The notes below the pieces were generated by a model that worked only from the letters and a program-made list of their open reading frames with translations, searched no databases and was not told where the DNA came from. Made by a program: the position numbers and the translations under genes. DNA of 63,646 nt, filler included, from Octopus bimaculoides (lineage: Eukaryota): assembly GCF_001194135.2 (NCBI RefSeq). It is 6 parts of 6 records of this genome, joined end to end, with 100 filler letters (N's around TTAATTAATTAA, not from the genome) between each part and the next. Parts side by side here need not be neighbours in the genome. Positions count along the whole stretch, not along the records: positions 48,222 to 56,283 come from NC_068984.1; positions 56,384 to 62,174 come from NC_069009.1; positions 62,275 to 63,646 come from NW_026331412.1; 3 more parts are not named here. One strand, 5' to 3'. Below are positions 51,251 through 63,646 of the stretch, piece after piece (position 1 is the first letter of the stretch; each line of letters begins with the position of its first letter).

Positions 51251-51729
51251 CCTTTGATATGAAATCCATTGTTTGCATATTCAATGATGGATTAAGTAGT
51301 TTTCAGATTTTTTTGTTCAAGTTCAATAGGGAAAACAAACAACGGAAGAAGCAATATGTTAGAAATGAGGATTTGTTAGAATGAAGAAGTTACAACCTAA
51401 ATCTTTCGAAATTCGTGTCATAATCATTCTTTAAATTTATCTGCTTATGATGTAACCTCACAATGTCTTATTCTAATTAAACACAATGAACATATTAATG
51501 ATATTTGCATCCAAATAAAGTTACTTGGAAAGAGAGAGAAAATCTCTGAAAATTGCAAGACAATATTTCTGGCTGCTATGATGAAATTCATACTCAATTT
51601 CATGACAAAATGTATGCTACGTATGTGGACGCTAGTACAGAAAATCATAGAAAGGAATGATTATGACATATTTCTGTGGAAGACATCTCACATGTGATTA
51701 GCAGCGGCCCAAAAGTGTCATCAAAGTAC

Positions 51730-52035
51730 TAACTCCCATGCGACACGACATTGTCACAAAAACAATATACAAAGCCATTTGGAAGAATGCTGTTCTGGAA
51801 TAAATATACATTAAAGAATCCCCTGTTATTATAATAGCGAATTCCCTGTTATTGAATACATACACAAACATAACACAAGGAATGCTAGTGGAACATTCCC
51901 ATCAAAATATCTGTCAAGTGTAGACATAACAAGCCGAATATTGTTGTTTGAGACAGACGAGAAAAAATATAAATCACCACAGAGGTCAGCTGTCCAGCTG
52001 ATGTGAATATCTCTTTAAAATCCAAGAGAGAGAGC
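51730..52035 (+). pseudogene. Second R4/Dong RLE fragment
   Basis: MRHDIVTKTIYKAI...WNIPIKISVKCRHNKPNIVV*DRRE...EVSCPADVNIS is homologous to 29380-29640. Confidence 0.7.
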
Positions 52036-53603
52036 ATAACTATGGACATCTGCTTCAAAACCTAGAGCTTCTATATCCAGATTATAAAGTCACATGTTGT
52101 TGGCACTCCATCGCTTACGACGTCGAGGGTTCCAGTTGATCCGATTAACGGAACAGCCTGCTCGTGAAATTAACGTGCAAGTGACTGAGCACTCCACAGA
52201 CACGTGTACCCTTAACGTAGTTCTTGGGGATATTCAGCGTGACACAGTGTGACAAGGCTGACCCTTTGAATTACAGGCACAATAGAAACAGGAAGTAAGA
52301 GTGAGAGAAAGTTGTGGTGAAAGAGTACAGCAGGGTTCACCACCAAGCTTTAAGTGTTTTCGCTCNNNNNNNNNNTTGTCTTTTTTTTGGGGGGGGGGGC
52401 GTGAGTAAATGCCAAAGTGACAACCTGGATAAGCTAAAGTTTTCAGAAAATAAAAATCATCCAACTCGCAAAGTATAAATACAATCTGTAAGAAAAACAG
52501 TAAAACTATGCAAGACTTTTCTCAACTTTTAACTGTAACATTGTTTTCGCTATCTACATTCCAAAGATGGAGTTTTGTGTTTTTGTAAGAAACCATATCC
52601 TTCCTCAGAGGAAGAATTTAAATAATTGAAAACAGAAGAGAACATACATAGGTAATGGGAAACCTGGTCGCAGGACGTACTAATGACGGGTATAAAACAA
52701 AAATCAATCTGCAAAATTTGACTCCTATTTTGATTTATGTCTAGAATAAAAAGTTATTTATGTTGACAGATAAAAAACTGCAACAAAGTCTAATGTCTGC
52801 CATGTTTAACCAGAACATTGCTCACTTGACAATCAGCATCATGGAAAGAGAAGTGATACATGCGTGTAACTTTGCTTTTTTGGCAGATGACGGGGGTTCT
52901 ATTACGTTTCAAAAACTGGTCACCATTTAATTATTCAAAAACCAAACTTCGGACTATAGAAATAAAGATCAAACTAGGCTGTTTTTCAAGCCACTGACGG
53001 AATAGAATTCAGTTGTGAAATCCATCATCCTCAAACACAAAAATACCATTGCCTTGTAAATTTTTTTCACCGTTATCCTTATTGCAGGGTATTCGCGGAA
53101 GTAACAATTCAAGTACGAGCCATACAATCTCTATGCAAATATCAATGGCATTCTTCTGAATGTTGTGAATGATAACGAGTTGTATGGTGACATTTAGAGG
53201 ATTTTACGCGAATGACACCGTTGTTGTTGGCACTCCGTCGCTTACGACGTCGAGGGTTCCAGTTGATCCAATCAACGGAACAGCCTGCTCGTGAAATTAA
53301 CGTGCAAGTGGTTGAGCACTCCACAGACACGTGTACCCTTAACGTAGTTCTCGGGGATATTCAGCATGACACATTGTGACAAGGCTGACCCTTTGAATTA
53401 CCCTTTGAAAGAGTACAGCAGGGTTCGCNNNNNNNNNNNNNNNNNNNNNNNNNNNNNNNNNNNNNNNNNNNNNNNNNNNNNNNNNNNNNNNNNNNNNNNN
53501 NNNNNNNNNNNNNNNNNNNNNNNNNNNNNNNNNNNNNNNNNNNNNNNNNNNNNNNNNNNNNNNNNNNNNNNNNNNNNNNNNNNNNNNNNNNNNNNNNNNN
53601 NNN

Positions 53604-54578
53604 AGGTAGATAATAGATGGCTAAGTATGTATATGTATGTAGTGAAACTAACCTCTATCACCATTATATACAAACACGCGAGCGTAGTAGAAAACATCTC
53701 TTTCCCTGTCATCACCTGACTGACTATTTCTTTGCGCGGGTAAATTATCTCCACCCGTTCGCCTCAGGACGCAAACTGACCAACCATAGCCCCTAATAAG
53801 GTCACGTGAGAGTGTTTGTTCTAATGCTTCTCTGGAGACTACCTTCAGCTATAAATAGACTAAATTATACCCGCCAAATCGTCGCGCCTCAGATCGCCTA
53901 GATCTGGCCGCCGGCCACACACGCGTCACACAACCAGCCAGTTCCAGCGACGACATCGACACCATCGTCCAACTACGACTACCAGCATCGCCGCCAGCGT
54001 CAACATGACTCTACACGTACACAAACTACCAACAGCNNNNNNNNNNTCCAACTACGACTACCAGCATCGCCGCCAGCGTCAACATGACTCTACACGTACA
54101 CAAACTACCAACAGCTAACCGCAGCACTTCTCTTCGATCCTGTTTGTGTGATTCATCTCACCACGAAAAATAACAGCCAAGAACCCAGCCTGCGAAGAAC
54201 ATCTGTATTCAAGAACTCGGCCCGGCATTGAAGCCCTAACATCACGACGGGTGATCGCTCTGCCCCAACGCCTTAACTTCTTATATACAGACACTTAGCA
54301 CTGTGTACTCTAACAAAGAACTGGTATAAATTCTTTTACGTGTTACTGACTCTATTCTATACTCTGTAACTCTTACATACACATACATATTTGTACACAC
54401 ACTCTTCTCTTTACATGACGGCCTGTCTTTAATGTGTTTTATTATGTCGCATTCACACACACACAGACATACGATTTAATGCTACAATAAATCTTACTGT
54501 TATTCATCTCATACGGTTGTGTTCCTATCGTCTTCCTTACTGGCATTTACGAATTCTCTATGTTATAGAATTATAACA
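53604..54578 (+). mobile_element. Probable solo LTR (LTR retrotransposon)
   Basis: CpG-rich unique block with TATAAAT (53850), AATAAA (54486) and a terminal ...TTATAACA. The 5' end and TSD are hidden by the gap. Confidence 0.45.
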
Positions 54579-54798
54579 TATATATCATTTTATATTTTTG
54601 TGTTCGACCGTGTGACACGTTAAGAAAGGAGCCTGTTTTCCATTCGTCACCATTTTTCTTTTGGGTTCGCACGGTCGTTCTTACATGTATGTACATATTT
54701 AGGTATAATAAACATACCTCCATATGTGTGTGTGTATATGTGAGTATATATACTCAAATATACATATAGATAGACAGAGAGAGAGAGAGAGAGAGACT

Positions 54799-54830
<32 letters not shown>

Positions 54831-54957
54831 TTTGATGGAGTATCCTCAGGAACGGGATATATTTCCGAATTTAATGTTTGTGTATATCTCTCTACTCGAA
54901 ACTTCCGGGACGACTCTTATCACTTGTTGAACAACTTAAGCCTGAAAAAGATTTACA

Positions 54958-55039
54958 ATGTCCCATATTAATTTGAATTCATCTGTTATATTGAATTGCC
55001 CTAAGATAGTCACAGTCCAGCTTCACTTGGCTTCTGCAG
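54958..55039 (+). CDS. Candidate first coding exon (leader) of the cbEGF gene
   Basis: ATG...MSHINLNSSVILNCPKIVTVQLHLASA-G|GTAATG. The phase-1 donor fits the downstream exons and the ending resembles a signal-peptide cleavage site (LASA), but the hydrophobic core is weak. Confidence 0.3.
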
Positions 55040-55551
55040 GTAATGAGTTAGAATCAAAATATAATAGACAGCAAGTGTATTTTGGTGCATTTGTAAATTT
55101 GTAATTAGTAACACAAGACATGCAAACCAGTTTTTTCTTTGTTTGTTTGTTTGGCTTTAACTTTGCGTTGACACTTCAACATTTGTATGCATTAAACAAC
55201 TATATTTATTTCAAATAATACAAATGACTGGTATTTTTTTTTTATCTGGTGTGAAGAGAACGTTTATTTGAGATAATCATATATTTGGACACCACCACCC
55301 CATCCAATACAAAATGATGCAGGCGAGGGAAGCTTATCTAAAGACATTTTTGAATTAGGTATTAAACTGGGTAATGAGTTGTCAACTAACACAGAAGGAG
55401 TGTGATCTGTGGAAGATGTAGCTGCTATTTCTTGCAGGTTCGATTAACCATGTAGATATCACCTCATTTGATCGTTTTATAATGCAGCCTTTGTGTCGCC
55501 GGGAATCGAACTCACCACCTTACGATCATGAGCCGAATGCACAAAGCCACG

Positions 55552-55610
<59 letters not shown>

Positions 55611-56232
55611 NNNNNNNNNNNNNNNNNNNNNNNNNNNNNNNNNNNNNNNNNNNNNNNNNNNNNNNNNNNNNNNNNNNNNNNNNNNNNNNNNNNNNNNNNN
55701 NNNNNNNNNNNNNNNNNNNNNNNNNNNNNNNNNNNNNNNNNNNNNNNNNNNNNNNNNNATATATATATATATATATACACGCACACACACACACAAACAT
55801 ATGTATTTGTTATTCTTAGCTGCCCGAAATTTCGAAGTCACTGTCAACAATATTCTTGTATAAGAATAGCAAATTTGTACTCTACAAAAGTATAGAGTAA
55901 CCCATCAGATTATCGTAAAATTGTTTTATTATAACTGAATGTGTGTGTGTGTGTGTGTGTGCGTGTGTGTGTGTGTGTGTGTGCGTGCGCGTGTATACGT
56001 GTCTGTGTGTATGTATATATGTATATATACGCATAAACGAATGAATGTGTGTATATGTATACGCGTATATGTGTATCTGAAAATCTAGGTATTAAAGTTT
56101 GAATATATGCCAGTGTATACTTGTTTCATGAGAAATCTCAACAACCGCTTCCAATTGTACTTAGTGCGTTTGTGTGCTTTTTAAATGTATTTGTACAAGT
56201 ACGTACATATTTGTGAATCTCTGAATACATGT

Positions 56233-56283
<51 letters not shown>

Positions 56284-56383
56284 NNNNNNNNNNNNNNNNN
56301 NNNNNNNNNNNNNNNNNNNNNNNNNNNTTAATTAATTAANNNNNNNNNNNNNNNNNNNNNNNNNNNNNNNNNNNNNNNNNNNN

Positions 56384-56418
<35 letters not shown>

Positions 56419-56617
56419 GTGTGTATGGGTGCGTTTATGTGTGTCTGTCTGTGTATGTATATATCTATATACATACATACATATATATACATATATACAT
56501 ACACGGACAGACACATTCACACACACACGCACACACATACACACATGTATATATGTGGAGTTATCTTCACATTACATAAAATTTTGTCGGAGCAGTTATG
56601 TGCATTCTCATTCTCAG

Positions 56618-56662
56618 ATGTATACAGTCGAGATGAAGAAAATTTAAAGATAGCTTCCATTG
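56618..56662 (+). CDS. Candidate 45-nt phase 1-1 exon (DVYSRDEENLKIASI) of the cbEGF gene
   Basis: Acceptor TTCTCATTCTCAG, open frame, donor G|GTTTGT (weak). Symmetric and in frame with the EGF exons. Confidence 0.4.
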
Positions 56663-56854
56663 GTTTGTTGGGCCTCAAAATCGTCGGTTCATATTTTGTG
56701 GACTAACAAAGCACTGATATCGATTAATAAAAGCTAAATATCAAGGACAGTCTGTGGAAATCCCTTTGTGATAAACATCGATCACATCTGCTCCTCAGGC
56801 AGTGACTCTCATGGCTTCTGATCTTTACTGATTGAAAATTGCTAACATGTACAC

Positions 56855-56937
<83 letters not shown>

Positions 56938-56940
<3 letters not shown>

Positions 56941-57300
56941 ATGCCCGGATGCAGTACCAGGCAGTGGCTTTCATGGCTTCTCATCTTAACTGATTGGAAG
57001 TGTTANNNNNNNNNNAATCCACCTTTGGAAACATGAGTGTTTTGCTCAACATCCTTAAACAAACCTTATTCAGGGACCTTTTGAGCGGGATGGGCTACTC
57101 GACCTGAATAAAATTCTAACTGGGCCCCACCTGCGAGGTCATGTGCTGTTTATCTTGATATGAGATCACTATGCCACGCACATATGGTTGTGATGCATGT
57201 GCTTGGTGTACTCTTATCAGAGGGTAGTCATGATGGGTATATTGGGCTTGGTATATTTTACCCCAGTGTCACTTTGATGGCATGCACTGCTATCACATTC
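56938..57300. mobile_element. Short interspersed element embedded between (AAT)n tracts
   Basis: Complex block of about 360 bp bounded on both sides by long (AAT)n. Its start is partly duplicated at 56798-56850. Confidence 0.5.
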
Positions 57301-57339
<39 letters not shown>

Positions 57340-57454
57340 TAATAATAGTAATAATGATGATGATGATGATAATGATAAAAATAATGATAATAATAACAAC
57401 AATAATGTATCTGTTTTCTAAACACGTAACAATTGATTTTGTTTTATTTTCTAG

Positions 57455-57571
57455 ATGTAGATGAGTGCAGACGGAATCCGTGTGGTAGATATGGTAGATG
57501 TGCCAACAAAATAGGATCTTACAAATGTTATTGTAAACGAGGGTTTAGTTTTAACGGGAGAACATGTATTG
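57455..57571 (+). CDS. Calcium-binding EGF-like domain exon 1 ([39 protein letters not shown])
   Basis: TTTTATTTTCTAG acceptor, G|GTAAGT donor, 117 nt, phase 1-1. Six Cys, D-x-D-E-C and C-x-N-x-x-G-S-Y-x-C consensus. Confidence 0.93.
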
Positions 57572-57897
57572 GTAAGTACAGCCTAAATAGAAAAGAACAA
57601 CAACGCACGCATATGCTTAATTGGTTTCGAGCTCTAATAATAATAATAATAATAATAATGATGAAGATGATGATAATGATGATGTTAATAGTAATAATAA
57701 TAATGATAATAATAATAATAATAAATCGAAATATATGGTACCCTGGGCATAACACCTACATGAACTTCTAACTTGTTGTCTCTTGAGGTCTCTGGGTGAG
57801 ACTTGTATCCAACTTGTACAAATGCAAAACAAAAGTCAAACATATAATAATAATAATAATAACAATAATAATAATGATAATAATAATAATAATAATG

Positions 57898-57963
<66 letters not shown>

Positions 57964-58165
57964 GTAATAGTAATAATAATAATGATGATAATAGTAATAA
58001 CAATAAAGGTTTTCATTTGATATTGCANNNNNNNNNNNNNNNNNNNNNNNNNNNNNNNNNNNNNNNNNNNNNNNNNNNNNNNNNNNNNNNNNNNNNNNNN
58101 NNNNNNNNNNNNNNNNNNNNNNNNNNNNNNNNNNNNNNNNNNNNNNNNNNNNNNNNNNNNNNNNN

Positions 58166-58239
<74 letters not shown>

Positions 58240-58319
58240 GTAATAGTAATAATAATAATGATGATAATAGTAATAACAATAAAGGTTTTCATTTGATATT
58301 GCAATACATATATTTTCAG

Positions 58320-58439
58320 ACATCAACGAGTGTAGAAGGAGAGTCTGTGGTCGTTATGCAAGATGTTACAACACACCTGGATCCTACTATTGCAAGTGCT
58401 ACGGTCGTGGCTACCAAATGATCGGAAAGAGATGTGTAG
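58320..58439 (+). CDS. Calcium-binding EGF-like domain exon 2 (DINECRRRVCGRYARCYNTPGSYYCKCYGRGYQMIGKRCV); not in the ORF track
   Basis: TATTTTCAG acceptor, G|GTAAGT donor, 120 nt, phase 1-1, full cbEGF consensus. Confidence 0.93.
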
Positions 58440-58734
58440 GTAAGTAGAAGACAACAATAACGATAGCAATATTGGAAGTATATACATATGTGTGTGTGTG
58501 TGTGTGTGTGTGTTCGCGCGCGCGCATGTATATGTATGGATGTTTGTATGCATATATCTACTTAATATCTCGCCGATATCAAAGTAATAATAATAATGAT
58601 AACAACAACAAGAACAACAACAACAACAACAACAACAATAATAATAATAATAACAACAAGAATGATGATGATGATAACAACAAATGTAAGTGTTGCCACT
58701 ATTAAAAATATATCTGTAAAAGGAATTTGACCAA

Positions 58735-59105
58735 TTAAATAAACATAAGGACCTGGAAATTGAAATACAAAAGATATGCCATCTTAAAGCAAGAACTGAT
58801 CCTCAATTTGTGTGTGCCCTTGATAACAAAAGAAAGGTATGTCAGAAATATTTGGATAACATCCCAGGAGAACCCTGTCTCAGAGAAATCCAAGAGATTG
58901 CCCTGACAAATACTGCCCCCATCCTTAGAAACACCGTATCAATTAAAATGTATGTGTTGTATTAAATGAAGATATTTCGCGACTGCGCCTACCAATTCCT
59001 GTCCCCAAGCATTTAGTCATACTGTAACATCACTTATCCTTCACGCTCACTAGGACGCTACCTGTTCCTCGGTAAGTGATGGTAACAAACAAGCAAATTA
59101 AAAGT
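58735..59105 (+). mobile_element. R4/Dong 3' end (ORF terminus + 3' UTR) abutting (AAT)n
   Basis: KHKDLEIEIQKICHLK...DNIPGEPCLREIQEIALTNTAPILRN resembles the R4/Dong C-terminus. The element ends directly in (TAA)n at about 59105. Confidence 0.65.
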
Positions 59106-59106
59106 A

Positions 59107-59157
<51 letters not shown>

Positions 59158-59864
59158 GAGGTGATGGTGATGATGATAATAATCGTTTCAAATTTTAACA
59201 CAAGGGCAGCCATTTTGGTGGAGGGGATGAGTCGATTGCATGGACCCCAATGTTTCACTGATACCTAATTCCTCGATCCCGAAAGAAGAAAAGCAATGTC
59301 AACCTCGACGGAATTTGAACGCAGAGCGTTGCGACGGATGAAATACTACTCTTTTACTCCTTTACTCTTTTACTTGTTTCAGTCATTTGACTGTGGCCAT
59401 GCTGGAGCACCGCCTTTAGTCGAGCAAATCGACCCCAGGACTTATTCTTTGTAAGCCTAGTACTTATTCTATCGGTCACTTTTGCCGAACCGCTAAGTTT
59501 CGGGGACGTAAACACACCAGCATCGGTTGTCAAGCGATGTTGGGGGGACAAACACAGATACACAAACACACACACATANNNNNNNNNNNNNNNNNNNNNN
59601 NNNNNNNNNNNNNNNNNNNNNNNNNNNNNNNNNNNNNNNNNNNNNNNNNNNNNNNNNNNNNNNNNNNNNNNNNNNNNNNNNNNNNNNNNNNNNNNNNNNN
59701 NNNNNNNNNNNNNNNNNNNNNNNNNNNNNNNNNNNNNNNNNNNNNNNNNNNNNNNNNNNNNNNNNNNNNNNNNNNNNNNNNNNNNNNNNNNNNNNNNNNN
59801 NNNNNNNNNNNNNNNNNNNNNNNNNNNNNNNNNNNNNNNNNNNNNNNNNNNNNNNNNNNNNNNN

Positions 59865-59898
<34 letters not shown>

Positions 59899-60535
59899 CC
59901 TTTCTACTAAAGGCACAAAGCGTGAAATTTGTGGAGAGGAGACTAGTCGACAACATCGACCCCGGTGTTTCACTGAGTACTTCATTTATCGACCTCGAAA
60001 GCGTGAATGGCAATGTCGAACTCGGCAGAATTTGAACTCAGAACGTAAAAACGGACGAAATGGCGCTAATTTTATCGCCCACCGCGGTAATGATTCTACC
60101 ATCTCGCAGAACAATAATAACAATCATTGTTATTTTGATAATAATAATAATACTTGGAATACTAATTTAACATCCACGTCCTATGCTGGCATGTTCTGGA
60201 CGGCGGGACACGATCCTAAGGCTTTCAAGATTGCATCGTTCTGCCATCTTTGATTTGCTATTGTTTCTATGGATTGATGCTCTTCAAATCGCCAACCACT
60301 TCGCTGCATGTACTGGGCACTTGTCGTGGCCTCAACGCTAGTGTGGCTGCCGTGCAGTTTACACGACTAAGATCCTCTTCGACGGATGGAGGGAAAGAGG
60401 TCGGGTTTATGTTAGGAAATTAAAGGTTTAAATATAGCAGAAGGGGTAAGAACAGAAAAGGTTAGAGGCGCAATATGGCTTCTCACGTTTTACGATAGTT
60501 TTAGGAACGATCTTTTAGATCTTGAGATAGAGTGA

Positions 60536-60586
<51 letters not shown>

Positions 60587-60718
60587 NNNNNNNNNNNNNN
60601 NNNNNNNNNNNNNNNNNNNNNNNNNNNNNNNNNNNNNNNNNNNNNNNNNNNNNNNNNNNNNNNNNNNNNNNNNNNNNNNNNNNNNNNNNNNNNNNNNNNN
60701 NNNNNNNNNNNNNNNNNN

Positions 60719-60764
<46 letters not shown>

Positions 60765-61137
60765 GAGAGATAGAGATAGAGAGAGAGAGAGAGAGAAATA
60801 AAATAGAGGTGACGAGGTGTGGCCCCTAATGTCCTAGGGGAAAAGTTGTGAACGAGGACAGCAGAATAGGAAGAATGCGTGTAGTGATTGTATGGGTGTG
60901 TATGAGAGAGTCAGAGATGTTTGGAGACGGGGAAAAGATTAAGTGAAGAATATGATGAAGGAAGATTTGAGTGATAATATGGAGAGAAAGCAGGAAGGCT
61001 GGGTAACCATCTTAGAAATTGTGTATTTTTTAGGGTATTGTGACTTGTGGATAACAACGCTAATAGCAAAAACAACAAAAATAATATCAGTTCCTTATTT
61101 ATATGTACAATATTTATTTCTTTTTTCCAAATTTTAG

Positions 61138-61254
61138 ACATCAACGAGTGTTTAAAGAACCCTTGTCCTTCTGATGCCAAATGTTACAACTACCCAGGGT
61201 CTTACCGTTGTGCATGTAAACGAGGTTACCGATATCTGAATAAAAAGTGTGTTG
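61138..61254 (+). CDS. Calcium-binding EGF-like domain exon 3 (DINECLKNPCPSDAKCYNYPGSYRCACKRGYRYLNKKCV)
   Basis: Pyrimidine tract + TTTTAG acceptor, G|GTAAGT donor, 117 nt, phase 1-1. Confidence 0.93.
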
Positions 61255-61606
61255 GTAAGTAAATATAAGCAATAAAAATAAACATTTAAAATCCACATTG
61301 GTTTATGAAATAATTTGTGTTGGTCATTTAGCCCAAGTTCGGTAATGATCTCGTATGTCTAATGTATTTAGTTGTTCAACCGAATAACTAATTTAGTAAT
61401 TAAGCAAAATATCATACTGCACACCTAGACATACAATAGTTAATTTCTATGCTGTGTAGTGTGACAGTGTGGACGTTTTGTATATCAGGGAATACAGTCG
61501 GAAATTGTATGTGGTATATATAAAATTGTATATGTTATATATAAAACGAACATTGGTTCATTCTTGCTTTTGCGTTTAAATAACATTTATTTATTTGTTT
61601 TAACAG

Positions 61607-61723
61607 ATTACAACGAGTGCAAATATAAAGGAAGATGTGACCAAATCTGTATCAATACTCCCGGATCCTACTATTGCCGCTGTAATAAGGGTTATGAAAT
61701 ATTTAAGAATCGTTTTTGCGTGG
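61607..61723 (+). CDS. Calcium-binding EGF-like domain exon 4 (DYNECKYKGRCDQICINTPGSYYCRCNKGYEIFKNRFCV)
   Basis: TTTTAACAG acceptor, G|GTAAGT donor, 117 nt, phase 1-1. The donor implies further exons downstream, none recognised in the window. Confidence 0.93.
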
Positions 61724-61916
61724 GTAAGTTCATCATTTCTATATAATATTTTACGCAACACGCGCGCGCGCCACATATTGTCCTTTCTATCCGTAATAGA
61801 ACAACATCTACTCTGTCCAGTTCCACATTACCAGAAGGCCCTTTATCTCATCCTTCTGACTCGTGGTTGTTTAATCTGATCTTAAAGGGTATTTTTCCTT
61901 TATACCTGCATAATTG

Positions 61917-62174
61917 TGTACCTTCTTAGACACCTTCAGATTATTTGTACCTTCTTAGACACCTTCAGATTATTTGTACCTTCTTAGACACCTTCAGATT
62001 ATTTGTACCTTCTTAGACATCTTTAGATTATTTGTACCTTCTTAGACATCTTTAGATTATTTGTACCTTCTTAGACACCTTCAGATTATTTGTACCTTCT
62101 TAGACACCTTCAGATTATTTGTACCGTCTTAGACACCTTCAGATTATTTGTACCGTCTTAGACACCTTCAGATT
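61917..62174. repeat. 29-bp minisatellite (TGTACCTTCTTAGACACCTTCAGATTATT), about 9 copies before the gap
   Basis: Directly visible tandem units with few variants. Confidence 0.92.
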
Positions 62175-62274
62175 NNNNNNNNNNNNNNNNNNNNNNNNNN
62201 NNNNNNNNNNNNNNNNNNTTAATTAATTAANNNNNNNNNNNNNNNNNNNNNNNNNNNNNNNNNNNNNNNNNNNN

Positions 62275-62700
62275 TATTCCCCTCCACAACAAGCCCCAAA
62301 GTAAAGAAAAATGTAATCGCCCCAACTGTGGTACATGCCCCAACCTTTTGGAAGGGTCAGAATACTATTTTAAACAAGGGCAACACTTTACAATTAAATC
62401 AAATTTCACTTGTGCATCCGAAAATCTGATCTACGTAATCAGATGCTCGGGCTGCCAGAAAGACTATATCGGTAGCACGAGGAATTCTATCTGTCAACGT
62501 TGTACGGTGCATCGTCAACAGATAGCCTCACCACAATACCGCCAAATTTACCTCAGTGAACATCTCGACGTATGTACGAAACAAATACAACCTAAATTCA
62601 TTATTTTCCCTCTACATAAATTTGCTGACTTCTACATAAGCCCGACTCAATAAAGAGACATATTTCATCCAAAAATACAAGCCTGAACCAAACACCAATT
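62275..62700 (+). pseudogene. Penelope (Neptune-type) GIY-YIG fragment
   Basis: KCNRPNCGTCPNLLEG...LIYVIRCSGCQKDYIGST is homologous to 44815-45120. Confidence 0.85.
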
Positions 62701-62975
62701 CATTTTAATTGTATTACTAATTGTCACTTAATTACATGAATCCTGGGCACCCATTCATATTCAAACCTGAGTCATAAGAGGTCCAACATGACTCTTACGG
62801 AGAAAGTATTCATATCTTGGCAATTGCTTTATCGTTCATTTTCATTTTCGATTGAACTGATTTATTTTATTCAATTATGGAATTTCAATATATACAAAAA
62901 AGTTATATATGTATGCCAACCACAATTCTTAGGTATAAATTACTGTTCATACTTGTATGTGTGTGTGCATATATA

Positions 62976-63394
62976 CCGTAAATCCTCAAGTATAATCTGC
63001 ACTTTTTCCCAAAATTTAATGGTCGAAATTTCTAGTGCCTACTATATACGAAGTTAAAAATGAAAAATATTTTCTAAGCAAAATTTTCTAAGTGATAAAT
63101 ATGTAAAGACAATTTACTTAATATTTATTTTTCACTGACGTTATTACTGTTATTTCTTTGTTTTCTGCAAAGTGCACAAAAAGCTACATGTTTGCATTAT
63201 GTTATATATACAATAATAATAAAGGACGTTACCGTATATACGTTTACAAACCAAGGACGTTATATAGACCTTCTTGACTCAAGTTAGAGAAAGGGTGCGT
63301 ATTATACACAAGGTTTAGGTTTTTCAGAGGTACAGCCCCCTAAAAATCCCCTGCGTATTATACTTAAAGGCGGACTATACTCAAAGATTTACGG
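62976..63394. mobile_element. Tc2/pogo-like MITE
   Basis: TA-CCGTAAATCCTCAAGTATAATC ... GACTATACTCAAAGATTTACGG-TA, giving a TA target duplication. Confidence 0.75.
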
Positions 63395-63646
63395 TATATA
63401 TATATTACAGGAGAGAAAATGAGATGTTAGAGCATAAAATATATGCTTATATACTCATTCACACGTTACTGGTTAAACTTTAAAACCTAGTACGGTAATA
63501 TAATTAACTATGTATAAAATGAAATGACTCCTGTAACTGTATGCTTGCCAAAAACACTGAAGAGCTTGTTTTTATGAACAAATAAGAGTTGCTCCTCTTG
63601 ACATATTGCTTCATCTCTGTTCACTTTTTTCAAAGATGGCGTCCTA

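Noticed and set aside
8063-60801. Numerous poly-YI/CV/HT/II/RE ORFs in the track
   Set aside because: Translations of (AT)n, (GT)n, (AAT)n and (AG)n microsatellites.
61917-62174. Regular 29-bp repeats resembling CRISPR spacing
   Set aside because: Head-to-tail with no unique spacers, eukaryotic context and no cas genes; an ordinary minisatellite.

Overview
This is eukaryotic (metazoan) genomic DNA: AT-rich, full of microsatellites and gappy. The repeat content (tRNA-headed SINEs, Penelope, R4/Dong, mariner, hAT) looks like a coleoid cephalopod, probably Octopus (inference). Almost all ORF-track entries are microsatellite or N-gap artefacts. Real host coding signal is limited to two things. 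(i) A + strand gene at about 55-61.7 kb with four phase-1 calcium-binding EGF exons that are unusually basic and Tyr-rich, plus two weaker upstream exon candidates; it probably continues past the last recognised exon. (ii) A probable terminal exon of an unidentified gene at 16469-16733. The rest is transposon relics. The most notable unannotated signals are: a set of minimal type-I hammerhead-ribozyme folds from about six sequence families, including an intact-core family with two copies 23 kb apart and a family with a U4C core; three different non-autonomous DNA transposons sharing GGATCT termini and 8-bp target-site duplications; and a dense run of fold-back inversions between 29 and 46 kb. 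I found no rRNA, true tRNA or CRISPR. All calls were made by eye without database searches; boundaries of degenerate repeats are approximate.
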